DNA of 41,219 nucleotides from Gammaproteobacteria bacterium (GTDB lineage Bacteria; Pseudomonadota; Gammaproteobacteria; Thiohalomonadales; Thiohalomonadaceae): NCBI GenBank assembly GCA_036401755.1, contig DASWUD010000282.1, positions 1 to 41,219 of the forward strand, read 5' to 3'. Shown piece by piece: positions 33,489 to 41,219 of this stretch (position 1 is its first letter; each line of letters starts with the position of its first letter). The notes under the pieces were generated by a model. It saw only the letters and a program-made list of their open reading frames with translations, ran no database searches and was not told where the DNA came from. The position numbers and the translations under genes were made by a program.

Positions 33489-34226
33489 CTAGAGCAGCCG
33501 CCACAACCCCAGCCCACTCACCAGCAACAGACCACTACCGATCCACTGCTTGAAGAGGCGATCGTTCCTGATAATGGCCTCGTGGGTCTTGAGGCCGATG
33601 AAGTGGCCGATAGCGGCCACCGGCAACAGCAGCAACGCCACATCGAGATGCAGCGCAACGCCCAGTAGCGTGAAGGCGCCCATCTTGATCGCCACCAGCA
33701 CAAACCAAAGGACAAACAGGGTGTTGCGCAACTGCTCTTTGGCCACGTTGCGCATATAGACGGCCACCATCAACGGCGCCCCGGTGAGCGAGGTCCCCGC
33801 CACATACCCGCCCAGCATCAGCAAACCCCGGTCCACCCACTTGCCACGGCTCTCGATGGCGAGATTGAGCGCCCAGATCACCGCATAGAAGAGAGTCACT
33901 CCGTAGATGAAGAGGAGCAGCCAGCGATTGGGCAGATGGAGCAGACCGAACACCCCCACCAGCGCGGCAGGAATGATGTAGTACGACGAGCGCCGCAGGA
34001 AACCCCAGTCGACGTTAGCGAGACGCGAACTCAAGGTGAGCCCCGAGAAAAATAGCAGGTGGGCACCGATGATCGGCAACCACAGCAGCGGCTGGTCGTC
34101 GACAAACAGCATCAATGGCAGGCCCAGCGCCGCCCCGCCGAAACCGAGCCCGGAACGGACGAAGCCGGTCCAGATGAAGATGAGCGCAATCAGCAGGGTC
34201 TGGGTCAGGTCGAAGTGGAGCAGCAT
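33489..34226 (-). CDS. TauE/SafE (DUF81) family anion exporter-like membrane protein
   Basis: About 245 aa and 7-8 TM. The characteristic N-terminal segment is GFVRSGLGFGGAALGLPLML, and a second half-repeat is present (GGYVAGTSLTGAPLMV). The start is set at MLLHFDL (34226). Confidence 0.7.
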   Translation of the reverse strand: MLLHFDLTQTLLIALIFIWTGFVRSGLGFGGAALGLPLMLFVDDQPLLWLPIIGAHLLFFSGLTLSSRLANVDWGFLRRSSYYIIPAALVGVFGLLHLPNRWLLLFIYGVTLFYAVIWALNLAIESRGKWVDRGLLMLGGYVAGTSLTGAPLMVAVYMRNVAKEQLRNTLFVLWFVLVAIKMGAFTLLGVALHLDVALLLLPVAAIGHFIGLKTHEAIIRNDRLFKQWIGSGLLLVSGLGLWRLL

Positions 34227-34573
34227 GGTGAACTCTCGATGGCCAGCGGCCACTATAGCGCATGAGGGGCAATGATGAGCCGGCGGCTTAAATGGCCCAG
34301 TGCTCAGTTGATGTCATGCATCGCGGGAGCAGCTTGCACCTGCACGACCACCGCGCGGCCTGTGCCATTTGAGTGTCAGCACCACACGATTCATGTAAAA
34401 TCGTCCCATATTTACTAGAGCTCCCCCGTTCCCCCCAAGGAGCCACGGTACGCCCAGAATGATAACGAGATATGGCGCACCCGCCACAGGCACCGGACCG
34501 ACATCCAGCCATTGCCATCGCCCTGCTGCCATTGCATTGACCCTAACCTTGCGCCACCCCGGCCTGACAAATA

Positions 34574-35374
34574 ATGCTGCCACAACAGACGATAGAGAAG
34601 ATCTTTCAGCTCTGGGACGAGCTTAGCGACCACGCCTCCTCCGATAGCGATGTGGCACTCAATCACTGCATGCGCTCCTTAAGTGGGCTGGTGGGGGCCA
34701 GGAACGCCTTTTGGGTCGGGGCTGTCCGCCTGGTCAAGGACAACGAGCAGGAGCCCGATCTGCTCCATGGCTGGCGTATCCGAGGGATCCGGATGATGGA
34801 TCAGGCCTATCAGGATACGATCCGGATGCGTGCAGCGATGCAGGTCAAGATGATCCCTGACCCTGGCGCGACCAACATTGCCCTCGTCGCCGGCACTGGC
34901 AAATTTCGCGCCTACCGTTTGCATGCAGGCACGCTGGTGGCTGACCTCGCCGCGTTCAAACAGACTGACCACTATGACTTCTACTACGCCAAGCCCGGGA
35001 TCAGCGATCGGCTGTGGGTCGCCTTTCCGGTAAGCAGCGAAGCGGAATCGTTTATCGTGTTCGACCGGTACGGCGCAGACGGCCACTTCAACGACAGCGA
35101 TCTGGAGGTGGTGGCATTTGCCCTGCGCGGCATCAAATGGTTTCATCGCCAACTGCTGCTGAGCCACGGCCTGGGGATCTGCGTTGAATCGCTGACCCCG
35201 GCGGAGCGCAAAGTGAAGCAGGGACTGCTCTCCGGCGCCACGGAAAAGGAGATCGGCCAGCAACTCAGTCTCACCCCCGGTTCGGTACACCAATACGCCA
35301 TGCGCATCTATCGCAAGTTCGGCGTCAAGGGGCGCACCGAGTTCATGGCGTTGTGGCTGGCCGGTGGTTTTTGA
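34574..35374 (+). CDS. LuxR-family transcriptional regulator (C-terminal GerE/LuxR HTH, uncharacterised N-terminal domain)
   Basis: The C-terminus LTPAERKVKQGLLSGATEKEIGQQLSLTPGSVHQYAMRIYRKFGVKGRTEF is a canonical LuxR-type HTH. The N-terminal ~190 aa have no receiver or autoinducer motif that I recognise. Confidence 0.8.
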   Translation: MLPQQTIEKIFQLWDELSDHASSDSDVALNHCMRSLSGLVGARNAFWVGAVRLVKDNEQEPDLLHGWRIRGIRMMDQAYQDTIRMRAAMQVKMIPDPGATNIALVAGTGKFRAYRLHAGTLVADLAAFKQTDHYDFYYAKPGISDRLWVAFPVSSEAESFIVFDRYGADGHFNDSDLEVVAFALRGIKWFHRQLLLSHGLGICVESLTPAERKVKQGLLSGATEKEIGQQLSLTPGSVHQYAMRIYRKFGVKGRTEFMALWLAGGF

Positions 35375-35399
35375 GCACTACTCAAATTGAGCCGCAAGA

Positions 35400-35432
35400 A
35401 CGGAAGGATTTAATACTGACCCTCCGTTTTTT
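35400..35432 (+). terminator. Intrinsic terminator after the LuxR-family gene
   Basis: acggaagg, a 13-nt loop, then cctccgt, followed by TTTTTT (35427-35432). The stem contains one bulge. Confidence 0.65.
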
Positions 35433-35557
35433 CAGATAAATCGCTACTAATTAGTAACTATTCACGCCGCCACTTTCTCTGTATTGTTTCGCCCGCAGCT
35501 GCACACCGACGACACGCATGAGCGACTCGCTTTGGCGGTAAAAAAATAACAATCGCT

Positions 35558-35772
35558 GCAACATTAGGGATCGGGCGTTGAGGCAACATCAAGGTATTTT
35601 GAAGTACACCCGGCACATGGCAAGCATTTGGGCATTGCAGGGAGCCATCGCGGCAGTAACAGGGATCAGTAATTGCCGTAGCGGGTGTGTCATACCTTGG
35701 GCAGATGTTCACAGGAAAACTAGCACCCTGACGAACAGCTGCGCCGTCTCAAGGTCCGATCCCTAATGTTGC
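35558..35772. repeat. About 215-nt element closed by a perfect 17-bp inverted repeat (structured RNA or MITE-like element)
   Basis: GCAACATTAGGGATCGG (35558-35574) is the exact reverse complement of CCGATCCCTAATGTTGC (35756-35772). Pairing continues inward: G-U, C-G, one mismatch, TTGAG/CTCAA, G-U, C-G. This gives a helix of about 26 bp. Confidence 0.6.
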
Positions 35773-35944
35773 CGTGGTGGCGGGCGATGCTCGCCACGCT
35801 CAAAACCCATCAACACTCACCGGGCCTAACTGCGCGCCACGTCGTGGCGCACGGTGTAGAGACGTAGGCACAGACCACCCCACCAACGCAGCTCGAACCA
35901 GCGGTTTTGCTGCCCCGACGGGGCGGTTTGTGTCGGGGAAGCCC

Positions 35945-37348
35945 CTATTGACTCACCATAGCGGTGGCACTCAGTTGCGTGCCGTTCCAGTCGCCGCTGA
36001 TCTTCAGCGCCATGCCGAGGGTCGGGGTGATGTTGAGTGTATCGAGCCCGCTCACGGTGATGCCGGCGACCTGCACGGGGGAAAGTGAGGTGACCTTGCC
36101 TTCCAGCACCGAGGCGCCGCCCGCGTCTTCACGCATCAGCTTGGCGGCCAGCCACTGCCCGGCGTTGAAGCTGACAGCGACCTCCACCTTATCACCGACC
36201 TGCAGATCGGCGATGTCAAAATAGTGTTGGGGGTTTTGAGTGATCTCATCCTGCAGCAAGGTGCTGCTGTCGATGCTTATGGTCTGCCCCATCAATGTGA
36301 TGGTACCGGCAGTCAGGTCGACCGCTTCGATGGTGGAGTTCAGCTCGGCATCGCTGCTGCGTCCCACCTCGATCTCCTTCACCAGCCATTGACCATTGCT
36401 CTGCTCCGCCTCCAGTTTGATGTAGGTACCCACGGTCAGGTCGGCCAGCGTTAAACCATCACGCATCGCATCACTGCTCACCGCCATCTGTTGTCCGTTG
36501 ATGACGAGCGTACTGGCCGCCGAATCGACGCCCATCACGACCCCCTGCAACTTCAGGGTGTCGCCTTCGTCACCCTTAATTGCCAGATGTCCATCACCGA
36601 CCAACTCCACGTCGCTGGCAGCAAAGGTATAGGTGCCACCGTTATTGGTGGGCGCGGTAGCACCATGCACCTCGACGTTGAGTCCATCGGCGAGATTGCT
36701 CGGCAACTGGGTTGCACCGCTGTAGTCCACCACCAGCGTGCCGAGCTGGAAGGTGGTGGCGCCGAGGTTGCTCACCACCCCCTTGACCTCAAGGATGTCG
36801 CCGGGCTGCAGTGCCGCCTGCTTGATCTCGACGCGCGTGGCGTAGACCGTGCCGTTGCCATCGCTGTAGCCGCTCACCTCGGCAATGGCGTTGAGCGGGA
36901 TGGTGTCGAGGGTGATCCCCGCCACGGCGCTCTCGAAGATGGTGAGGTCGGTGACCTGCACCGTCTGCCCCATCACGTTGAGGGTGCCGACACCGTTGTT
37001 CAGGTTAACCGCCAGCACCGCCCCTTCGGCCACATCGGCAAAGGAGATGGAGTTGGCGGTACCGGTAAGTCCATTGGCATTCGTGTTGCCCTGCACGGTG
37101 ACCACCATGCCCACCTGCAGATCGGTCTCGCTGCCGGCCGTGCCGTCCAGCTGCACGCTGGCGCCTGTGGTGTCGTATTCCACGCCGTTGACAAAGACGC
37201 TGCCAAAGCCGGTGATGGTGCCGCTGATGGTGGAGGTGGGCAGAGTGGTGTTGCCGCTACTGCTACTGCTACTTCCGCCGCTGCATGCCGCCAGGCCGAG
37301 GGTGGCCAATGCGACGCCTATGGCGATCGTCAGTTGTCTCTGCTTCAT
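35945..37348 (-). CDS. Lipoprotein built of about six DUF5666-like repeats
   Basis: Lipobox LGLAAC followed by a Ser-rich linker (SGGSSSSSSG). About six 60-70-aa modules follow, each with the pattern G-V/I-x-x-V/L...F/L-x-V/L-x-G-x-x-V...L-x-V/G-x-x-V/I-E/K-V. Examples are ISGTITGFGSVFVNGVEY...MVVTVQG, LEVKGVVSNLGATTFQLGTLVV...VEVHG and LEGKVTSLSPVQVAGITV. Confidence 0.7.
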   Translation of the reverse strand: MKQRQLTIAIGVALATLGLAACSGGSSSSSSGNTTLPTSTISGTITGFGSVFVNGVEYDTTGASVQLDGTAGSETDLQVGMVVTVQGNTNANGLTGTANSISFADVAEGAVLAVNLNNGVGTLNVMGQTVQVTDLTIFESAVAGITLDTIPLNAIAEVSGYSDGNGTVYATRVEIKQAALQPGDILEVKGVVSNLGATTFQLGTLVVDYSGATQLPSNLADGLNVEVHGATAPTNNGGTYTFAASDVELVGDGHLAIKGDEGDTLKLQGVVMGVDSAASTLVINGQQMAVSSDAMRDGLTLADLTVGTYIKLEAEQSNGQWLVKEIEVGRSSDAELNSTIEAVDLTAGTITLMGQTISIDSSTLLQDEITQNPQHYFDIADLQVGDKVEVAVSFNAGQWLAAKLMREDAGGASVLEGKVTSLSPVQVAGITVSGLDTLNITPTLGMALKISGDWNGTQLSATAMVSQ

Positions 37349-37537
37349 TGATTCGTCCTCTTGAACACGCTATCACGGCCCGGAGCAGAACCGCGGCGCG
37401 GCCTCGGACACCTGGATGCCGGACACTTACCGGCATGTGCAGAAAGGATATGCAGCGAAGGGGATTCAACAAGGGGGGTAATGACCCTCCTTGGAGAAAA
37501 GTGGCACGGTGGGGCGCAACCGCCGCCGGACCACTTG

Positions 37538-38185
37538 TTACTTGAGGTGATACGCCAGTGGAATCGTGAAACTGCGTGCGCGCTGTGCCAAGCCGGCCGG
37601 TGCCGGCAGGCGCCCGCTAACTCCGCGTATCAAGGTCAGCGCCGCCTCATCGAGGAGCGTGCTGCCGGAACTGCTACGCATCTCCACGTCGCGAATGGTG
37701 CCGTCCGGTTCGATGGTAAAGCTGAGCAGCACCATGCCCTGGTGATGCAGGCGACGCGCCTTGAGTGGGTAGACCTTGCCCGCCTCGATGAGGTTGCGCA
37801 ACGCACTGCGATACTCTTCTTCCATCTCCGCCACCCGCGTCTCGGCGACATGGGGCGGGACTACCGCCTCCGCCGCTACGGCGGGGGTTGGCTCGGTGGC
37901 GACCTCCTCTGGCGTCACGGCCGGTGTCGGCTGCGCCTCCACGACCGGCTCGCGGCGCGGCACCGGTGGGGGCTTCCTGCTGGGAGCAGGCGCTGGCTCG
38001 TGAGCGGGAGGTGGCGCGGCCACCACCGCAGTCGGCCTCTCCTCGGCAAACATCGCGAGAGTGAGGGGGAGCGGACGCGGTGTAGTGACATCAAGCGCAG
38101 GGGTACGCCACAGCCACCACCCCAGCGCCACCAGCAACAGGTGGAGCGTGGCGGAGACGACGAAGCCCGCAGTCACTGCTCTCAT
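37538..38185 (-). CDS. tonB: TonB-family energy transducer
   Basis: N-terminal TM, a Pro-rich spacer (PPPAHEPAPAPSRKPPPVPRREPV), and a C-terminal TonB domain (YPLKARRLHHQGMVLLSFTIEPDGTIRDVEMRSSSGSTLLDEAAL). ATGA overlap with the exbD stop. Confidence 0.88.
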   Translation of the reverse strand: MRAVTAGFVVSATLHLLLVALGWWLWRTPALDVTTPRPLPLTLAMFAEERPTAVVAAPPPAHEPAPAPSRKPPPVPRREPVVEAQPTPAVTPEEVATEPTPAVAAEAVVPPHVAETRVAEMEEEYRSALRNLIEAGKVYPLKARRLHHQGMVLLSFTIEPDGTIRDVEMRSSSGSTLLDEAALTLIRGVSGRLPAPAGLAQRARSFTIPLAYHLK

Positions 38186-38559
38186 GGCTGGCGGATGGTC
38201 GCGATGGAGATGCGCTCCCGCTGCTCGCCCTTGAGCAGATCGATGAGCGTCACAAAGCGGCCGAACGGCACCGCCTGGTCGACGGCCAGTTCGATGAGTT
38301 GGTCGCGTGGCGCGCTGCGCAGCCGTTCGCGCAGGGTATCGAGATCGCCGGCGGCACCGTCGATGGTGAGCGTGCCGTCATGGGCAACGTTGATGCGCAG
38401 GCTCTCGCCGGGCGTGGCCGGCTGGCCGCTCTTCGCCTCGGGCAGATTGAGATCGATGCGCTCCTGGGCGATGAAGGTCGCCGTGGTCAGCACGATGGCG
38501 AGCATCACCAGCATGATATCGATGAAAGGTATCACGTTGACCTGAGCAAAACGTTTCAT
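38182..38559 (-). CDS. exbD: ExbD/TolR family biopolymer transport protein
   Basis: 125 aa. INVIPFIDIMLVMLAIVL TM with the conserved Asp, plus a periplasmic domain. ATGA overlap with the exbB stop. Confidence 0.88.
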   Translation of the reverse strand: MKRFAQVNVIPFIDIMLVMLAIVLTTATFIAQERIDLNLPEAKSGQPATPGESLRINVAHDGTLTIDGAAGDLDTLRERLRSAPRDQLIELAVDQAVPFGRFVTLIDLLKGEQRERISIATIRQP

Positions 38560-38981
38560 GAGGTCTGCCGCGCCTGCCAGCGTTCATTGAGCTCTTCCAC
38601 GCGCCGCATCAGCCCGTTGTAGGCCACGATGGAGGGGATCGCGACCACCAGCCCCAAGGCGGTCGCCTTCAGCGCCAGGGCAAGACCAAGCATCACGGTG
38701 CCCGGTTCGATGCGCCCCCCCTGACCGATGTCGTGAAAGGTGACCAGGATACCCAACACGGTACCCAGCAAGCCGATATAGGGGGCGTTGGCGCCGATGG
38801 TGGCAATGGTGGTCATGCGGCGCGTCAGTGCCATCTGCAGCGCCTCGACCCGTGCATACTCCTCCAGCCGCACGCGCTTGAAGAAGAGATGGCGCTCCAC
38901 CACGAACCAGATCATGACAAAACTCATGGTCCCCAGCAGGCCAAAAATTATTCCATCCAGATAGCTCTTGAGAAACTCCAT
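38556..38981 (-). CDS. exbB: MotA/TolQ/ExbB proton-channel family protein (short form)
   Basis: 141 aa and 3 TM. The conserved segment is IATIGANAPYIGLLGTVLGILVTF...ALKATALGLVVAIPSIVAYN. Confidence 0.85.
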   Translation of the reverse strand: MEFLKSYLDGIIFGLLGTMSFVMIWFVVERHLFFKRVRLEEYARVEALQMALTRRMTTIATIGANAPYIGLLGTVLGILVTFHDIGQGGRIEPGTVMLGLALALKATALGLVVAIPSIVAYNGLMRRVEELNERWQARQTS

Positions 38982-39078
38982 CGTGCTCTTCTCCTGAGAT
39001 TCATTTGTGCGACTGTCGAATGAGCTGGATTAAGGGCGCGCGAGTCTCGCTCGGGAGAACGCCAATTCCACGACAGCT

Positions 39079-41076
39079 TTAAAAGCGAGCTGTGACGCCG
39101 AGCGACAGCAGGGTCGGCAGCTGATAGATTGGTTCGCGCTCGCTGTAATCCACATTGTACTTGTAGCCGGCGACATTTTTCTGCCCATAGGCATTGATAA
39201 GTTCCAGATAGCCGGTAAGGTCCTCATTGAAGCGGCGGTCGACGCGCAGGTCGAGACGGTGATAGGTGGGCAGCCGTTCCGAGTTGACCTCACCATAGAT
39301 CGGACGATAACGGCCCGCAATGGCCGGATCGGCCTCCCCGCCCAGCACCGGCGTATAGGGCGAGCCGGAGTGGGCCCACCACTTGCCGCCAAAGCTCCAG
39401 CGCGAGTTGAAACGATATTCACTGACCAGGTTGAGGATCACCGGCTGGTCATACTCGAAGACAATCTTCTCGCCAGTCAGGGTGTTGACGCGCTCGGTCT
39501 TGGCGAGGCTGAGCGATAACCAGCCCGACCACGTGTCGGTGGGCGCCTTGCGCAGCAGATACTCTAAGCCGGTGGCGTGGCCTTCACCACTATTGGTGTA
39601 GCGTGTGACAGGGTCACTGGTTTCGAGATTATTCAGTTGTTTGTAGTAGGCCTCTGCCTTCCACTGCCAGCCGTTGCCCAGGAAGTGCTCAAGACCGACA
39701 TCATACTTGGTGGCATCGTAATAGGTGAGCTCCGGGTTGCCGAACACCCGCTCGACGTGCAGCAGGCGCGGGAACTGGTGGTAACGTCCGGTGGCGGCAC
39801 TGAGTCGCCAGTCGGCCACGGGGGTGTACTCCAGACGCAGGCGCGGATCATAGTAATCCTGGTCGAGATAGTCGTCGCGCTGATAGGAGAGACCGCCCGT
39901 CACTGCGACGGGTTCCATAACATACCAGGTATCCTCGGCGTAGAGCTGCGTGGTATCGACCTGCACATCGCCACTACTGGTGAGCAGCGGCGCATCGGTA
40001 TAACTGCACTGCGCATCGAATTCGGTACACCCCGGATCCTGGAAGACCAGATCATAACGGCCGATCATGCGCATCACCTGCCCGCCCAGCGCCAGCAGGT
40101 GATCGTCGCCGAGCGCTCGTGTCCAGCGCCCCTTGCCATACCAGTGATCGAACGTATCCGTTGCATCGCCCACACTGGCGGCGTGGGAGTTCTCTGTGTA
40201 GCGCATGTGACCGACCGCCAGGGTGAGGGCATCGCGCCCCAGCTCTTGTTGCCAGGTCAGCCCCTGACTGTGATACGAAGTCGCGTAACTGTGAATGCCG
40301 ACCAGCACAGGTTCATTGCGCACGGCATCGCTCTCTGAGGTGAGATTGAGCTTCAACTCATCGCTTGCACCATTGGTCTGAAAGGTAAGCTTGCCGCCAG
40401 AGAGCGGGCGCCAGACGTATTTGCCCTGATAGTCACGGAAACGGGGAAACTGGATCGTCTCGACCCCTGTATCGAACTCAGCGTTCTTGAACATCAAATC
40501 GATATAGCTGGCGCGTCCTGCCAGATAGAACGACTGACGCTCGCCCACGGGCCCCTCGATGAGGGCGCCCGCCTTGATAAAACTGATATCGAGCGTGGAG
40601 CTGAGGCGTGTGCTGTTGGGATCACGCAGGCGCGTATCGATGACCGCGCCGATGCCGCCGGCGTAAGAGGCACTATAGGCGCCGGGATAGACCGTAAAGC
40701 TATCCACCAGCTGCTCGTTGAAGACACTGTACATGCCACCGAAATGGAAAAGATATTCCACCGGCAGGAAATCGACGAAGTAGCTATTGTCCTCGGGGCG
40801 TGACCCGCGAATGGCCGGCGCCGCACTGGCATCGTTATTGACCGCCACTCCCGGCAGGGTCTGCACGGCGCGCAGCGGATCACCGCCGCCGCCCGGCACC
40901 GAGGTCAACGCCTCGTGATCCAGCTCGTAGCCAAGGGGCGGCGCGTTCTCTTGCGCGGCGGCCTCATCGGTGATGACCACCGCCTCCAGCTGCTCCGGCA
41001 CCCCCTCTGCATCTGCACTGGAGACACCGGCCAGCGCACCCATCCCCGCCACAAAAAAGATACCCCAATGTTTCAT
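39079..41076 (-). CDS. TonB-dependent outer-membrane receptor
   Basis: Signal peptide, a plug-type region ([16 protein letters not shown]...[20 protein letters not shown]), a long beta-barrel with alternating aromatic strands, and a terminal LGVTARF (C-terminal Phe). Confidence 0.85.
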   Translation of the reverse strand: MKHWGIFFVAGMGALAGVSSADAEGVPEQLEAVVITDEAAAQENAPPLGYELDHEALTSVPGGGGDPLRAVQTLPGVAVNNDASAAPAIRGSRPEDNSYFVDFLPVEYLFHFGGMYSVFNEQLVDSFTVYPGAYSASYAGGIGAVIDTRLRDPNSTRLSSTLDISFIKAGALIEGPVGERQSFYLAGRASYIDLMFKNAEFDTGVETIQFPRFRDYQGKYVWRPLSGGKLTFQTNGASDELKLNLTSESDAVRNEPVLVGIHSYATSYHSQGLTWQQELGRDALTLAVGHMRYTENSHAASVGDATDTFDHWYGKGRWTRALGDDHLLALGGQVMRMIGRYDLVFQDPGCTEFDAQCSYTDAPLLTSSGDVQVDTTQLYAEDTWYVMEPVAVTGGLSYQRDDYLDQDYYDPRLRLEYTPVADWRLSAATGRYHQFPRLLHVERVFGNPELTYYDATKYDVGLEHFLGNGWQWKAEAYYKQLNNLETSDPVTRYTNSGEGHATGLEYLLRKAPTDTWSGWLSLSLAKTERVNTLTGEKIVFEYDQPVILNLVSEYRFNSRWSFGGKWWAHSGSPYTPVLGGEADPAIAGRYRPIYGEVNSERLPTYHRLDLRVDRRFNEDLTGYLELINAYGQKNVAGYKYNVDYSEREPIYQLPTLLSLGVTARF

Positions 41077-41219
41077 GCATCACTCCTCGTTATTTTTTCA
41101 TCCTGGTAGGGCCAGCGCACGCTGAAGCGCGCGCCGCCCAAGGGTGAGCGATCGCAGCGCACGCTGCCGCCGTGCCGCTCGGCGATGCGCTGCACGATGG
41201 CCAGGCCGAGCCCCGAGCC
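41073..41219 (-). CDS. Sensor histidine kinase, C-terminal end only (HATPase_c G2 box); truncated by the right window edge
   Basis: I translated the reverse strand myself: [48 protein letters not shown]. GxGLGLAIV followed by GGxxxxxxxxxGGxxFxxxxP is the canonical kinase C-terminus. Its TGA stop (41073-41075) overlaps the ATG of the TonB-dependent receptor (41074-41076). Confidence 0.75.
   Translation of the reverse strand, partial: GSGLGLAIVQRIAERHGGSVRCDRSPLGGARFSVRWPYQDEKITRSDA

Noticed and set aside
34508..34535. Direct repeat GCCATTGC twice, 20 nt apart, about 40 nt upstream of the LuxR-family gene start, considered as a possible operator.
   Set aside because: An 8-nt repeat in GC-rich DNA is within chance expectation. 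There is no palindromic lux-box-like symmetry.
35458..35712. 84-aa Cys-rich minus-strand ORF inside the structured intergenic region, considered as a possible small toxin or peptide.
   Set aside because: It has no Shine-Dalgarno and an odd composition. It straddles one arm of the inverted-repeat element, so it is more likely a by-product of the repeat structure.
35880..35905. GGTTCGAGC, a T-loop-like sequence on the minus strand, considered as a possible tRNA or tRNA-fragment att site.
   Set aside because: The flanking bases do not form a T-stem, and no acceptor or anticodon arms can be drawn. I found no tRNA anywhere in the window.
1..41219. Search for CRISPR arrays, IS elements, transposases, integrases, prophage genes or known defence-system genes.
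   Set aside because: I found no regularly spaced repeats and no transposase, integrase or phage-like ORFs. The accessory content is confined to the EPS and TonB modules described above.

Overview
This is a high-GC chromosomal segment that looks gammaproteobacterial. The order polA, engB, cytochrome c5, cytochrome c4 and dsbA matches the arrangement known from Pseudomonas. Housekeeping genes make up much of the window: ilvA (partial), rpiA, polA, engB, c-type cytochromes, the system II cytochrome c maturation genes ccsB and ccsA, dsbA, trkAH, and an acetolactate-synthase-like TPP enzyme.

Two accessory-looking modules stand out, both on the minus strand.

(1) Positions 7775-18086 hold a seven-gene, tightly packed operon that looks like an undescribed synthase-dependent exopolysaccharide system. 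It encodes:
- a BcsB-like subunit;
- a processive GT2 synthase whose N-terminus carries a tandem MshEN-type c-di-GMP-binding motif instead of a PilZ domain;
- a large polytopic membrane protein that resembles the GT-C fold;
- a TIM-barrel glycoside hydrolase lipoprotein;
- a small outer-membrane barrel;
- a CotH-family atypical kinase lipoprotein;
- an ATP:ADP-antiporter-family (TLC/AAA) transporter, translationally coupled to the kinase.
A bacterial expansin lipoprotein and a CPBP intramembrane protease follow on the same strand. The CotH plus nucleotide-transporter pair suggests a periplasmic kinase with a dedicated ATP supply. I consider this the most novel hypothesis in the window.

(2) Positions 35945-41219 hold a sensor kinase (partial), a TonB-dependent receptor, ExbB, ExbD, TonB, and a six-repeat DUF5666-like lipoprotein.

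Two non-coding candidates were also found:
- The polA-engB spacer is the position of Spot 42 in E. coli and ErsA in Pseudomonas. Here it has a sigma-E/AlgU-like promoter and a strong terminator bracketing about 125 nt.
- An approximately 215-nt element is closed by a perfect 17-bp inverted repeat in a structured intergenic region.

No tRNA, rRNA, CRISPR array or recognisable IS or transposase was found. All family assignments come from reading motifs by eye, not from database searches.
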